Positions 21,553-58,600 of a DNA stretch of 64,000 nt are shown here, piece by piece. The stretch's first letter is position 1. The number at the start of each line of letters is the position of its first letter. The notes under the pieces were generated by a model. That model searched no databases and had not been told where the DNA came from. It was given only the letters and a program-made list of their open reading frames with translations. The DNA comes from Macrostomum lignano (taxonomy: Eukaryota), in assembly GCA_002269645.1 (NCBI GenBank), contig NIVC01000168.1, positions 537,297-601,296 of the forward strand, given 5' to 3'. Made by a program: the position numbers and the translations under genes.

Positions 21553-23605
21553 GCCCTGGGATTCCGGGGCACGCACGAGTACTTTACCCCCTGGATCATG
21601 TACATGGTCTCCTATCGTACTGCCACCTCCCACCTCCTGGGACACTCCCGCTCTGTGGAGGTCCAGAAAGGTGCACCGCAAGGTGGAGTCCTCAGCCCGA
21701 TTCTCTGGAACTTGGTCATGGACGAGCTGCTTTGCAGCCCGCATCCGGATCCAGTTCAGAAGGTCGGCTATGCGGACGATGTTACCGCCACTGTGGCTGG
21801 ACCATCACCCGCGGTCCTCAGGGACCTCCTCCAAGCCTTCAGCCACCGTGCCGAGCGCTGGGCATATAGCTGCGGTCTCAGGTTCTCTGAGTCTAAAACC
21901 GTGGCTATCATGTTCACCAGCCGCCGAAACTGGAGGATCGAACCGCTCTTCCTCTATGGCAAACCTGTTGCCATGGAGAACCGAACCAGATGTATGGGCG
22001 TCACCCTCGACCACAGGTTGAGCTGGACCCCGCACGTTCAAACCAAAGCCCGCAAAGCTCTCGCGACTCTCGCGCAGATCCGCAGAGCTTTCGGTGCTAC
22101 CTGGGGCCTCACCCCGCCGCCTCTGGTGATTTACACTGCCATTGTTAGACCGGCCATCTCCTTCGCCGGCTTCATTTGAAACAGTGCCCTAAAGGTGAAA
22201 GGGGTTCTTGGGGTTCTAAATAGGGTGCAAGGCCGCGCTTGTCGAGCTATCATGAGCGCGGCTCCCTCTACGCCCTTTGCTGGCATGAACTCCTTCCTGG
22301 ACATTCCCAACCTTAAGCTCTTTGTCAGAGGGGAGGCAATGAAGACCACCTGCCGTCTGCTTGACGCGGGTGTCCCCATCCAGAAGCAGTTTGCCTTCAG
22401 AAAGCGGAACCTCCGGCCGCACGGCGACCTCAGCCTGCGTGACCTGGAAGCAGTGGGAGGCCTGCTGACCCTCTCGGACGGAATCCCGTCCACGCTTTGC
22501 CCTCCGCTAAAATTCAAAACCAGCATTCCACCACGTCATGAAGCAAGGGACAACTGGAACCCCATGAAATCCACTGCTTCACTGACGGGTCCCAAATCAA
22601 CTCCGCCTCAATGACTACGGCTACTGCATCGTGTCTGGAGGGAGAACTGTGGCGACCTTCTCCCAGCACACCGGCACCTGCTCCACCGTCTTCCAGAACG
22701 AAGTTCTCGCCACCAGCTCCTGTGCCATTGAGCTGTACAATCAGTGAGTCTGAGGGAAAGAGATTTCCCTCCACTTTAACAGTCAAGTCCACGCCCTTGA
22801 GCGCACCACTACCTGCTCGCGTACAGTCCTTGACTTCAACGGGCAGCTCAACCGCTTAGACGCCTCTAACAAGGTGTCCCTAAGGTGGATCCCCGGGCAC
22901 TCGGACCACCCCGGAAACGAGTCTAGCCAAGGCTGTCTCGACCGGTTCTTTTACTGGTCCCCTGCCCGTGGCCCCCACCCCTGCCACCGTTGTCATCACT
23001 CAGATCAACCAGTGGGTGGGAGAGGTGGGCTAATGCCCCCGACTCCACCACGCACCCTGTCGGCAATCCTGCGTCGCGGTCCCCCGTCCTTCCTTCGCCT
23101 CAACCGGACTCAAACGCAGGGACATCAGGGCGGTGACATGGACTGTTTAAACAGAAAAGTGTAGTGGAGAGCATAAAATACGGCTAAACTTTCTAAATAT
23201 GTCTCCGGTCATGGCTGTTTTGCCAGGCATCGTCAACTCCAGGAAAAATCAGCAGTGAGGAGGCCCATTCTGCCTTTCCGGTGTCGAGAATGCGGAGCAC
23301 TTCCGGAGCACTTCATCTGTGAACGCCCCGCCTTTACTCAGGACAGGCTCACCTACCTCGGCGCTAACCCGGACCTCTCCGACGTTTTCAGACCTGAGAA
23401 CCTCTGCCAGTTCGTCCGCTACCGGGCGAGCGACAATCCACCTCCTGGACTCTCCGGAGGGGAACCGCGCTGCGGACACCGGCACCACCGGATCTCCCTG
23501 CGCGACACCGCAGCACCAGCTGCCCGTGGTCACCGGGGATTAGCCGAATGGGCGGCAACGCCTCCTCGCTGCATCCGGATGCACGGAGCCCCTTGCATCT
23601 AAGTC
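21553..23605 (+). mobile_element. 5'-truncated, decayed non-LTR retrotransposon (LOA/R1-like, I group): RT + RNase H + CCHC knuckle
   Basis: RT motifs GAPQGGVLSPILWNLVMD, GYADD, GLRFSESKT, MGVTLDHRLSW. RNase H motifs in shifted frames: HCFTDGS, TVFQNEV, LRWIPGHSDHPGNE. C-terminal CRECG..EHFICE. Premature TGA at 22177 and several frameshifts. Possible TSD AAGACAG (21546-21552 / 23606-23612). Confidence 0.9.
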
Positions 23606-23659
23606 AAGACAGCAAGAAATGAAAGACAATGTGACTTGAGAGAAAGTGCGACACACGAG

Positions 23660-23980
23660 ACAGTATCATATAAGAGACAGTAAGACATGAAAGGCAGTGA
23701 GACATGAAAGGCAGTGAGACATGAAAGGCAGTGAGACATGAAAGGAAGTGAGACATGAAAGGCAGTGAGACATGAAAGGCAGTGAGACATGAAAGGCAGT
23801 GAGACATGAAAGGAAGTGAGACATGAAAGGCAGTGAGACATGAAAGGCAGTGAGACATGAAAGGCAGTGAGACATGAAAGACACGAGAGACAGTAAGACA
23901 TGTGAGACATGAGAGACCGTGAAATATGAAAGACAGTGAGACATCAGAGACAGCAAGACATGAGAGACAGTGAGACATTA
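23660..23980. repeat. 17-bp tandem repeat (GAGACATGAAAGGCAGT)
   Basis: Direct reading. Confidence 0.88.
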
Positions 23981-24452
23981 CGAGCTAAGTACAGTCCAGC
24001 AGAGAAGATAGAAGCTTATATTGCAGCAACCATTATGCTGGCGCATAGCTCAAAAGTTTTTCACATTATTCAATTGTATTTCTAACTGAAAGCAAAACCT
24101 TTACAAAAGAATTCGAACATCAGGCGCTGAAATCGATGTTTAGCAGTTTGCTAAACTCAACAGAGCAGGGCTAAAATCTCGCGCGGCAGCGCAATTGGAC
24201 CTGCGTACTTTTGCTTTAATGTTGCACGAACGAGTGTGCAATCAATATAAATTTTACTATCAGTATAAATTGTACAGTTGTTCCAGTGGACATGGCGGCG
24301 TGCTGAGTTGAACAAAAAATCGAATAGCTCGTACTCAAGATATAGCAAACTTTTTAATATACTGTTTGGAATAATAACATTGTAGAGCTTGTTGGACGAT
24401 ATAGACGTTAGGCTGAAAACTATTCGCGAAATTGTGAGTAGTAGGGATTCGG

Positions 24453-25000
<548 letters not shown>

Positions 25001-25003
25001 CTG

Positions 25004-48594
<23,591 letters not shown>

Positions 48595-48724
48595 CCCGGT
48601 GGCAACCGATCGAGCTTGGCCGAATTTCGTGGCGGCTGCTTCAGTCCGAGCCTGCCAGAGTCGGTGTGGAGTTTCAGGGTGGTGAGGCAGTTTTGCAAGA
48701 CACTCTCCCATTGGCTTTCGGGGG

Positions 48725-48733
48725 TTTTATATA
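48725..48733 (-). promoter_or_regulatory. TATA-like box (TATATAAAA) upstream of protocadherin exon 1
   Basis: Motif only; lies about 130 nt upstream of ATG 48594. Confidence 0.25.
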
Positions 48734-49094
48734 AGACAGACGAGGGAGAGCGGAGAGGGCGAGAAGAAGCTGCGCCCGTCGCCATCAGCCCAATCCAGCA
48801 GCTTTACCAGCGGGGGGTCGCGAGCCCGGCAGATAAGCGGTTGCCGTCGACTCGAACTCTTGTCCGCCATCACTCCGCAGTTCACCCGAGCGGCAACAGA
48901 AAATCACAGAGAGCACTGCAGCTTCTAGTTTGCAGACTGCCTTGTCTTTGGCTTTCGATGTATTTGGCTGGCTATTTCTTGGAGAGCTCTTGACCTCTGC
49001 TTCTGTCCGCTGCTGCCGCTAGTCTTTACAGGCACTCATCTCACTGTGCCTTGAGGCTGCAAACCTGCGTCTGTGTCTCAGCTCCTCTGCCCTG

Positions 49095-49500
49095 AGATCT
49101 CTCTTGCAATCTCTCCTTGAGATCTCTCTTTCAATCTCTTCTGAGATCTCTCTTTCAATCTCCCTTTCAATCTCTTCTGAGATCTCCCTTTCAATCTCTC
49201 CTTGAGATCTCTCTTTCAATCTCTCCTTGAGATCTCTCTTTCAATCTCTCCTTGAGATCTCTCTTTCAATCTCTCCTTGAGATCTCTCTTTCAATCTCTC
49301 CTTGAGATCTCTCTTTCAATCTCTCCTTGAGATCTCTCTTTCAATCTCTCCTTGAGATCTCTCTTTCAATCTCTCCTTGAGATCTCTCTTTCAATCTCTC
49401 CTTGAGATCTCTCTTTCAATCTCTCCTTGAGATCTCTCTTTCAATCTCTCCTTGAGATCTCTCTTTCAATCTCTCCTTGAGATCTCTCTTTTAATCTCTC
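49095..49500. repeat. 25-bp minisatellite (GAGATCTCTCTTTCAATCTCTCCTT)
   Basis: Period 25 (49204 to 49229). Confidence 0.92.
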
Positions 49501-50019
49501 AGAATAGCCCTCCCATTCCATGAGATTAATTTTGACTACAACATTAACTGTACTTGGGCTGGGCACCCGAACCGACCCGGGTTACGACAATACCACAAAA
49601 GTTTTACATTATTTCTGTTGATAGAAAAAGTGGAAAGCAAGTCTCAGCATTCATTTCGCACTAATTTGCCTCTGCATATTTTGCAGGTGCTTTCGCTAAG
49701 CCTGTAATTATCTAAGAAGGTAAACCAGCAACCAGAAGCTTTCGGAGTTTGCGGCGGCCGTTCCGAGTCTTGGGAATTTTATCCCTGTTCTTAGCGGACC
49801 CTCAGTAGATGGAAATTAAAAGGAAAAATCAAAGGTAAACACGATATCTCAGACGCTGAGCTCTTTTTCTGTTTCGATTTCTGTCTTTCCACCTCCGCTG
49901 CTTTTTGTCTGGCCGATACTCTGCTCTTTGTCTGCTTTCGTCTGCCTGTTTGCTTTGACTCTCCTCTTCCAGAGTTTGTTTTCCTTCTTTATCTCTCTCT
50001 ATCTCGCCCTAACTTCTTC

Positions 50020-51800
50020 ATCTTCCCCCTCTTCCCCTCTCTTCTCTCTCTCGTCCCTCTCTTCCCCTCTCTTCCCTCTCTTCTCTCTTTTCCCTCTCTT
50101 CCCTCTCTTCCCCTCTCTTCCCTCTCTTCTCTCTCTCGTCCCTCTCTTCCCTCTCTTCCCCTCTCTTCCCTCTCTTCCCTCTCTTCCCTCTCTTCCCCTC
50201 TCTTCCCTCTCTTCCCTCTCTTCCCTCTCTTCCCCTCTCTTCCCTCTCTTCCCTCTCTTCCCCTCTTTTCTCTCTCTTCCCTCTCTTCCCTCTCTTGCCC
50301 TCTTTTCCCTCTCTTCTCTCTCTATTCCCTCACTTTTCTCTCTCTTCCCTCTCTTCCCTCTCTTCCCCTCTTTTCCCTCTCTTCTCTCTCTCTTCCCTCT
50401 CTTTTCTCTCTTCCCTCTCTTCCCTCTCTTCCCTCTTTTCCCTCTCTTCTCTCTCTCTTCCCTCTCTTTTCTCTCTTCCCTCTCTTCCCTCTCTTCCCCT
50501 CTTTTCCCTCTCTTCTCTCTCTTCCTTCTCTTCTGTCTCTCTTCCCTCTCTTCCCTCTCTTCTCTCTTCCCTCTCTTCCCTCTCTTCTCTCTCTCTTCCC
50601 TCTCTTCCCTCTCTTCCCTCTCTTCTCTCTCTCTTCCCTCTCTTCCCTCTCTTCCCTCTCTTCTCTCTCTTCCTTCTCTTCTGTCTCTCTTCCCTCTCTT
50701 CTCTCTCTTCCCTCTCTTCCCTCTCTTCCCTCTCTTCTCTCTCTTCCCTCTCTTCCCTCTCTTCCCTCTCTTCCCTCTCTTCTCTCTTCCCTCTCTTCCC
50801 TCTCTTCTCTCTCTCTTCCCTCTCTTCCCTCTCTTCTCTCTCTTCCCTCTCTTCCCTCTCTTCTTTCTCTCTTCCCTCTCTTCTCTCTCGTCCCTCTCTT
50901 CCCCTCTTTTCCCTCTCTTCTCTCTCTCTTCCCTCTCTTTTCTCTCTTCCCTCTCTTCCCTCTCTTCTCTCTCTCTTCCCTCTCTTCCCTCTCTTCTCTC
51001 TCTTCCCTCTCTTCCCTCTCTTCCCTCTCTTCCCTCTCTTCTCTCTCTTCCCTCTCTTCCCTCTCTTCTTTCTCTCTTCTCTCTCTCGTCCCTCTCTTCC
51101 CTCTCTTCCCCTCTCTTCCCTCTCTTCCCTCTCTTCCCCTCTTTTCTCTCTCTTCCCTCTCTTCCCTCTCTTGCCCTCTTTTCCCTCTCTTCTCTCTCTA
51201 TTCCCTCACTTTTCTCTCTCTTCCCTCTCGTCCCTCTCTTCCCCTCTTTTCCCTCTCTTCTCTCTCTCTTCCCTCTCTTTTCTCTCTTCCCTCTCTTCTT
51301 TCTCTTCCCCTCTTTTCCCTCTCTTCTCTCTCTTCCTTCTCTTCTGTCTCTCTTCCCTCTCTTCCCTCTCTTCTCTCTTCCCTCTCTTCCCTCTCTTCTC
51401 TCTCTCTTCCCTCTCTTACCTCTCTTCCCTCTCTTCTCTCTCTTCCTTCTCTTCTGTCTCTCTTCCCTCTCTTCCCTCTCTCCTCTCTTCCCTCTCTTCC
51501 CTCTCTTCTCTCTCTCTCTCTTCCCTCTCTTCCCTCTCTTCCCTCTCTTCCCTCTCTTCCCTCTCTTCTCTCTCTTCCCTCTCTTCCCTCTCTTCCCCTC
51601 TTTTCCCTCTCTTCTCTCTCTTCCTTCACTACACTTCTCTTCCCTCTCTTCTACTCTCTTCTACTCTCTTCCCTCTCTTCTACCCTCTTCTACTCTCTTC
51701 CCCTCTCTTCTCTCTCTTCTCTCTCCTTCCTCTATTCTCTCTCTTCCTTCACTACCCCTTCTCTTCTCCCTCTCTTCCCATCGTTTCCCCCTCTTCATCT
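50020..51800. repeat. About 1.8-kb polypyrimidine/polypurine tract (CTCTCTTCCCT-like)
   Basis: Direct reading; the 629- and 515-aa ORFs here are artefacts. Confidence 0.95.
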
Positions 51801-54034
51801 CATTTCCCACTCTCTAGTAAAAATGCAAAGAATTTGTTTTAAATAAATAAGGAAGTCAGTCTAAGAACAAAGACTACAATCTCAAACACTGAGTCCTCTA
51901 CAATTTGGTGATTGACACGGCAGGATTCAGTGCAGGAGGAAGGAAGCTGCTTGAAGATGGTGAAAGTGATGCAGGACCGCGGCCCGGAGGACAGAGGCTG
52001 GCGAAAGCTGCGAATCCAAGAGTGAGGTGGAGGGGGCAGAAAAACTTACAATAAATCGACTTTTCTTGTTTGGATCCATTTTTCTCACGGCAGAAGTTGT
52101 TAATTAACAAGGGTGTGGCGGCTGCTAGCAGGGGGGGGGGCGGTGTTAGAAGCGCGAAGGTGGGGGCTGAGAGGCCAGCGGCTTGAGTCCCGATAATGCC
52201 GACCTGCTCGGGCACTGGCGGAGTATCGGCTTTTTGCCTTCCTTCTAATGCTCCCCTTTAGGGAGAAAATATTCTGGGGAGTTAAGGGGGTGGGGAATTT
52301 GATCCTCAAACCGTGGGGGCTTGAGCTGCGCTGAGCAGGTTTTGCGGAACCCCTGAAGTGGGTAAAAAGCTGCCTCTGGCAAACAGAATAAGTGCGGCAG
52401 CTTTTTCACAATGAAGTCGAAGTAAATCCTATAGGGGGGGGGGATTCGAAGTCCTGAGCCCGAGTATCTCCTGCGCCGTAGTGGTCTATTTAAGTCTTGA
52501 GTACAATGCTCTGAGCAGCTTTGCTCTTCTATCTGCTCAGGCATCAGCTGCCTCATCATTATCTGTGTGGGTGGAAGGACTTCTCGGCCATCCTTTTTTA
52601 AAGATTCTGAGCGACGAACTGAGTAGTGTTTCGAGCTCAAAGAGAGCAGCCATTAGGACTGCGGGCAATTATTCGTAAGGAATCTCCTGGCTTTTGTGCG
52701 AGAGAAGTTTGCAAATAACTTTAGAGGCCTGTAGCAGAGTAGAGGCAGCTCACCATGATGCCGGGAACACTTTGAGAGCCTGCAGCAGAGCAGAAATTGC
52801 TACTGGCAGATCGGAGGCGAAGTCCGCGGTTCGAATCCAGCACCCAAGCAGTTTAACCTGAGCCCTGCTGAGTATCAGCAGTATAAGTAACGGACACTCC
52901 CAAGCGGGGCTGAGCATGGCTGAGCCGCCTGTCACAGTGCGGCCAATCAAAACTGCCCCGTGAGGCCGGTGGCAGAGCTGTGAGGTGAGAGAGAGCCGGT
53001 GGCAGACCCGCTGCTCCCATTGCTCAAAGTTTTAGCCCCGGCAATTTTATTGGGGATGGAATTGAGCTGAGTGAGCCGCTGCTCATGATGACAAAATGGC
53101 CCGGCAGGATGGGGGGGCGCTGGAGACAGCCGCGATCCCCCAGCATCTCCGTCCTCCGCCATCCCCCCGTCTCTCCGTGTGAATAATAATTATTTTTCAT
53201 GAATTGCCCGGAGAGATCAGTGGGGATATTGGGGACTGGCTTGGGGTGGCGGAACTTCTGCCCAAGTGGAAATTGAAGAGCCGGACTGACGGCTTGGGGA
53301 ATGCTTATTATCCAGTCTGTATTGATTTTTTCCAAAACCTTTTTATTCCTTTTCGAACTGCTCGCTTTGGCATTAGCGTGCCCCGACTGAGGCCTGCACT
53401 CGTGTCCTCGCTGCTCCTGCAGAACTCCAACCAGGCAAGGCACGGGGATTGCCATCGTTTAGGGTTATTAACAGATGAGTTGGCGCCCTGCACCGCATAT
53501 TTTATTTAACAGGCCACGCCGTGTTTGTGTAAATGAACTCAGCCGGACAATGGTGGATGGGGCTGGAGTGGGCAGCGGAGGCTGGGTGGTGGGGTGGGTG
53601 CGCAGAGTGCCATTCTGCTGGTAGCGGGGAGAGGCGCCCCACGCGTGCGCGCAGACTTCCCAGTGGGATGGGATAATTATGGAATTATCATCGCTCACGC
53701 GGGTTTTATGACAATTAAATTGTATGCTGGGCCCTGAGCTGAGGTGAGCATCCTTGATCTGCTTGCAGGCAATCGGCAGGTAACAGCGGTTTGCTTCTCA
53801 TGGCCTTTAATTATCTGTTCAGGCATTTTTGCATCGGGGCGGCTTCGGGCTCTCAGCTTGCTATTTAATGTGAGCGGCAGTCCGCGGTGACTCAGCGCTG
53901 AGTAGCCTGCAAAATCAGCAACATTTTACACGCAGTTTGTGTAATATCTGTCACAAGTTTTGGGGTGAGGATTTAGTTAATCGTTGCCACTATAGTTTCT
54001 TTATTTTATCCACTAACTGCAGGAACATTGTTTC

Positions 54035-54345
54035 AGCACACCTAAGTCTACTTTGAGCACACCTAAGCCTACTTTGAGCACACCTTAGTCTACTTTGAGC
54101 ACACCTTAAGTCTACTTTGAGCAGACAAAAGCCTACTTTGAGCACACCTAAGCCTACTTTGAGCACACCTTAGTCTACTTTGAGCACACCTAAACCTACT
54201 TTGAGCACACCTAAACCTACTTTGAGCACACCTTAGTCTACTTTGAGCACACCCAAGCCTACTTTGAGCACACCTTAAACCTACTTTGAGCACACTTCAG
54301 TCTACTTTGAGCACACCTTAAGTCTACTTTGAGCACACCTAAACT
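54035..54345. repeat. 21-22-bp minisatellite (CTACTTTGAGCACACCTAAGC)
   Basis: Direct reading. Confidence 0.9.
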
Positions 54346-55625
54346 GACTTTTGGCATTTATGAGTCGTCCACTTTGAGCATAGTTTGAGCACAGTGAAAA
54401 TTCTCCATGCTGTTTACTCCACTTGAAGTCAAACAACAAGTCAACCCATCGCACTCTGAAATCGAGCCCACATCAACGTCGAATTTTCGTTCTAATTAAA
54501 AATTCGATTTAAATTTTCCTTCCCAACGCGGCAGCAAATTTGAAATTTGAGTCAGGTTTCTTGATTAGTCGGACTCGGGTTTCGGGTGGACAAATGTCCT
54601 GTTGTTTTACACTTTACTACTCAAAGTAGGCAGCTGCGCAAATTTTCCCGCCGTGTGAAAAAATCATTTTAAGTTGGCAATTCTAAGAACAGCAGCCCAT
54701 CACCTGAGCCTGTCAATCAACTCGCGGAGTGGAGGGGAGAGCGGCGTTAACGAGCTGCACTCGCCAGTCTGGAATCCCTATATTTGAGCAGCAATAAAGT
54801 GCTCAGGCAAATATTCATCGAGGTAGGCCTCCCAGTCAGCTATCAGCAGGCTCTCTGCATTCCTGCTTGTTCTCCCCGGCTCCATGGCAACGCAGCAGCA
54901 TGCAGTTTTCTCTCTAACCCCTGCTCTCTCCCCCCTGTCCCTGCTCCATCAGCTACAATACGATTCCGCATTCCCCAAATCATCGCTACTGGGAGCAGAG
55001 AATTCGCAGATTACAATCTGAATGCGTTAAATGCGGGTTGAAGAGCGAGAAAGGGGGGCAGGAGGGCCAGCAAAAATCACTAGAAGCAGTTTCATTCTCA
55101 ACAATAGCGATTTCGTGAATGCGAGGTCGCCGTTCGCAATTCACAGCAGTGTGTGCGGCCTCCTGAGACCGTGGAACGTTGAAAAAGCGCTTGGGTCAAT
55201 TGATGAATAGAGGCAGTAGCAGAAATGCAGCTGGGGCTGACTTGAGATGGAGGAGAGAGAGCGGGGGCGGGGGCAGAGAAGCCAAAGAATTAGAAAATGC
55301 TTAGCGCTGGTCTTGACTGCTGCAGCGACTCATGATTAGCGCTTAGAGGGGCTGCTCTGCATTCCTGGCTCTCCCACCCCCCTGCGTGTCTTCTGCCTGC
55401 GTGCACAGCCCAGCTGCTTGTGGCCTCAGCCAATGAGAACTCGCTAGAGACACACGCGGATGAAGGAGAGATACTGCCGTGGCAGAAAACAAGTCGACTT
55501 GAGGCCATAAATCTCTGGCGCGGTAAACAGCTATTTTCAAATATTTAAAACAGAAACTGCTTGTTAGCAGCCTTTTCTGCGAATTCCTTGTTTGCCAGGC
55601 GATTACAATTCGAATTTGAGCCGTC

Positions 55626-58600
55626 ATGACGGACGCGATTTTGATGCTCGACCGAGTGAGCCGCGCCCTGACCGAGCCGCCCAGCGACCGGAACGAGGAC
55701 GACCTGGTGATGATCATGAACTGGTTCAAGGACTTGTCCAGGGCCGAGGAGAAGAAGGGGAAAGTCTGCGTGCTGGGCGAGCTGGACGACGGTGAGTTTG
55801 AAAATGCATTTTTGGCCTGCTTTGGTGCCTTTGTGACTTGAAGATCTCGTGCCGTTGGGGCTGACAGCGAGTTGCTCATAGGGTTCAGCGGTAAGCCGGT
55901 CTGACTCGCGACCCCTGGTTCGACCTTTACGCGACCAATTTTATTTGGGGATTGAGCATGAAAACTGACCAGGCTGTTGGCGTGCGATTCACGCCCACGA
56001 GGGTAGAGTTAGAATAAGGGTAGGGTGGTTTTAGTTCGATTTTCTGCCCTGTGAAATTACTATAGTTAATGAACGGCAGGGGTTGCTGGTCTGATAAGGG
56101 TGTGTACATTGTGGGCGGCAGGGGTTGCTGGTCTGATAAGGGTGTGTACATTGTGGGCGACAGGGGTTGCTGGTCTGATAAGGGTGTGTACATTGTGGGC
56201 GGCAGGAGTTGCTGGTCTGATAAGTGTGTGTACATTGTGGGCGGCAGGGGTTGCTGGTCTGATAAGGGTGTGTACATTGTGGGCGGCAGGGATTGCTGGT
56301 CTGATAAGGGTGCTGGTAAGGTTCAGGGAGTTGGTGGACAAAAGGTGGAGAGAAAGTTATGGACGGAGGATGTAGCGTTTCTTCCCGTACAGCCACTCAT
56401 ATCCATGGAGCTCCTATTGAAATCTGCGCATCTGTAAGCTAAAGGTGCTCAGTGCCATGCACAGACGAGCAGTATAGTTCAGTTGTAAAAGTTGAGAAGC
56501 CCGCCTACGTTGCGAAGTTCCCTTTTTATATAAAAAAACAAGAAATTTGCCATTGTAAAGTAAAGAAGGTTTTTCACGTAAGTTTTGAAACCTTTGCTTT
56601 GAAAAATTCATCACTATAGCTAGCTGGCAGCCAAGGGGGGCACAGATGATGAGTTCTGCTCTTCAGAGCGAGACTATCAACGACAATGACAGCTACTCAC
56701 GGGTGGCACACCCTGGCTACTAAAAGACTGCTAGCTTAAATTTAGCTGCAGAATTCAGACCCCAGTTTGCAGCGTACATTTTGTAGCCGCTGCGGCATTT
56801 TCCATAGCCAGTCCGACAGAGAATGACAGACGGCCGCTGTCAAAGTCCCAGGTTTTGCGTCTCTGAAAATGCCGCAAATTGAGAAGAGATTGATGCAGCC
56901 CTCTGAGGCTGGGTTCAAGTGGACTCGAGCAAAGATGCTTTTAGCTTTTACTAAAAAACATAGAACAAGTGCACTTGAGTGTTTGGTCAAACTGGAAAAT
57001 GATGAGGCATTTGAGGGTTACCGTTGACAGAACCAACTCAATGCGAATCAATAGCAGATTGACAGCGAAATTCGAAGTCGGTTGAGGGCAGATTCAGAGT
57101 CGATTGAGGGCAGATTCAGAGTCGATTGAGGGCAGATTCAGAGTCGATTGAGGGCAGATTCAGAGTCAAATGAGGGCAGATTCAGAGTCAAATGAGGGCA
57201 GATTCAGAGTCGATTGGGGGCAGATTCAGAGTCAAATGAGGGCAGATTCAGAGTCAAATGAGGGCAGATTCAGAGTCAAATGAGGGCAGATTCAGAGTCA
57301 AATGAGGGCAGATTCAGAGTCAAATGAGGGCAGATTCAGAGTCAAATGAGGGCAGATTCAGAGTCGATTGAGGGCAGATTAAACTTAGATCGATTGAGTC
57401 TACATTGATCTGAAGTAGAAGTTGATGACTCTTGAACGCCTCTCATCACAACCGCGCCGCAGGTGTGCTGAAGGCCCTCGTCAAAGACTCGGTGCTGGAG
57501 ACGTGGGAAACTGGCCGCATCCTCATCAAGCAGGGCAACACAGGCGACTTCATGTACATCATCCTGTCCGGCGAGTGCGAGGTCCGCGTCTCCAGCAACG
57601 AGAACTCCTGGAAGGAGGGCGACGTCATCCTGGGCGGGCAAAAGGAGTTTGGCGACGCGCTGGGCTTTCTGGTCGGCGTGGTGGGGCGTGAGTTTACTGG
57701 ACTAGCAATCCGCACTCAGGGGTTGCCAATCCCAATGGGCTCGAGCATTAATCACCAGCCCTACAAGGATTGCTATTGTGAAGCTACAAAGACCCGAGGG
57801 CCGGAGCTTGCCGACCCCTGCTATAGAGCACGTATATTTACCAGGCTCACGAGGAATTGCAGAAGTGATTATTAGTAAATTAGCAAACGACTTCGTAAGA
57901 ATTATTGTATAAGACATCAGAGTGAAAAATTCATGACTTGAAGTTCTTTAATCGGCCTTATAGCAGCTCTGAGATGAGGATAAATACAGGGTGGCAGAAT
58001 TCTACCCCCACTGGTCACTCCTGGGTTGTTAAGCTGCATCAGCTGCATCTACAGCATGACGTCACTCTCCGTCCCTCTCCCCCCTCAGCCGGCTCGGTGA
58101 TCGGCGAGGTCGCCCTGGTGAAGAACGTGACCCGCACAGCCAACGTGATCGTGAGCCCCAGCACCGAGGCCTGCACTCTCATCCGGATCTCTCGCGACCT
58201 GTTCAACCGCACCCTGCAGGAGCAGCTGCGCAGACTCGAGCAGGAGCGCGAGGACTTCACCAATGGGTTCCATCTGGTGAGCAACTTCAACCCGAAGCTT
58301 AGGCAGCAGTTTATCCGAGCCCTGATGAAGGAAAAGCACTACAATGGCGACATCATTGTACGACAGGGCGACAAGATTGAGGACATCTACTTTATCGTCA
58401 GGTAAATCGAAAAATGAAGGGAAAGAAAGCGAGCTTGCGTGCCAAGGGCACGGGTCACTTCTCGCTTGATGCATCTAGGGAGCTGGGTTACCATTTTTGA
58501 TCTCCTGGGACGCCATTTTTGATGCCAGGGCGCCATTTTTGATGCCAAAGCGCCATTTTTGATGCCAGGGCGCCATTTTTGATGCCAGGGCGCCATTTTT

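Noticed and set aside
52815-52845. GGTTCGAATCC B-box as a tRNA gene
   Set aside because: No A-box, acceptor stem or cloverleaf.
52750-52950. Signal-peptide-like ORF (MLSPAWECPLLILLILSRAQ..) as an alternative protocadherin first exon
   Set aside because: Its good donor (TG|GTGAGC) is phase 2, incompatible with phase-0 exon 2, and no cadherin motif is present.
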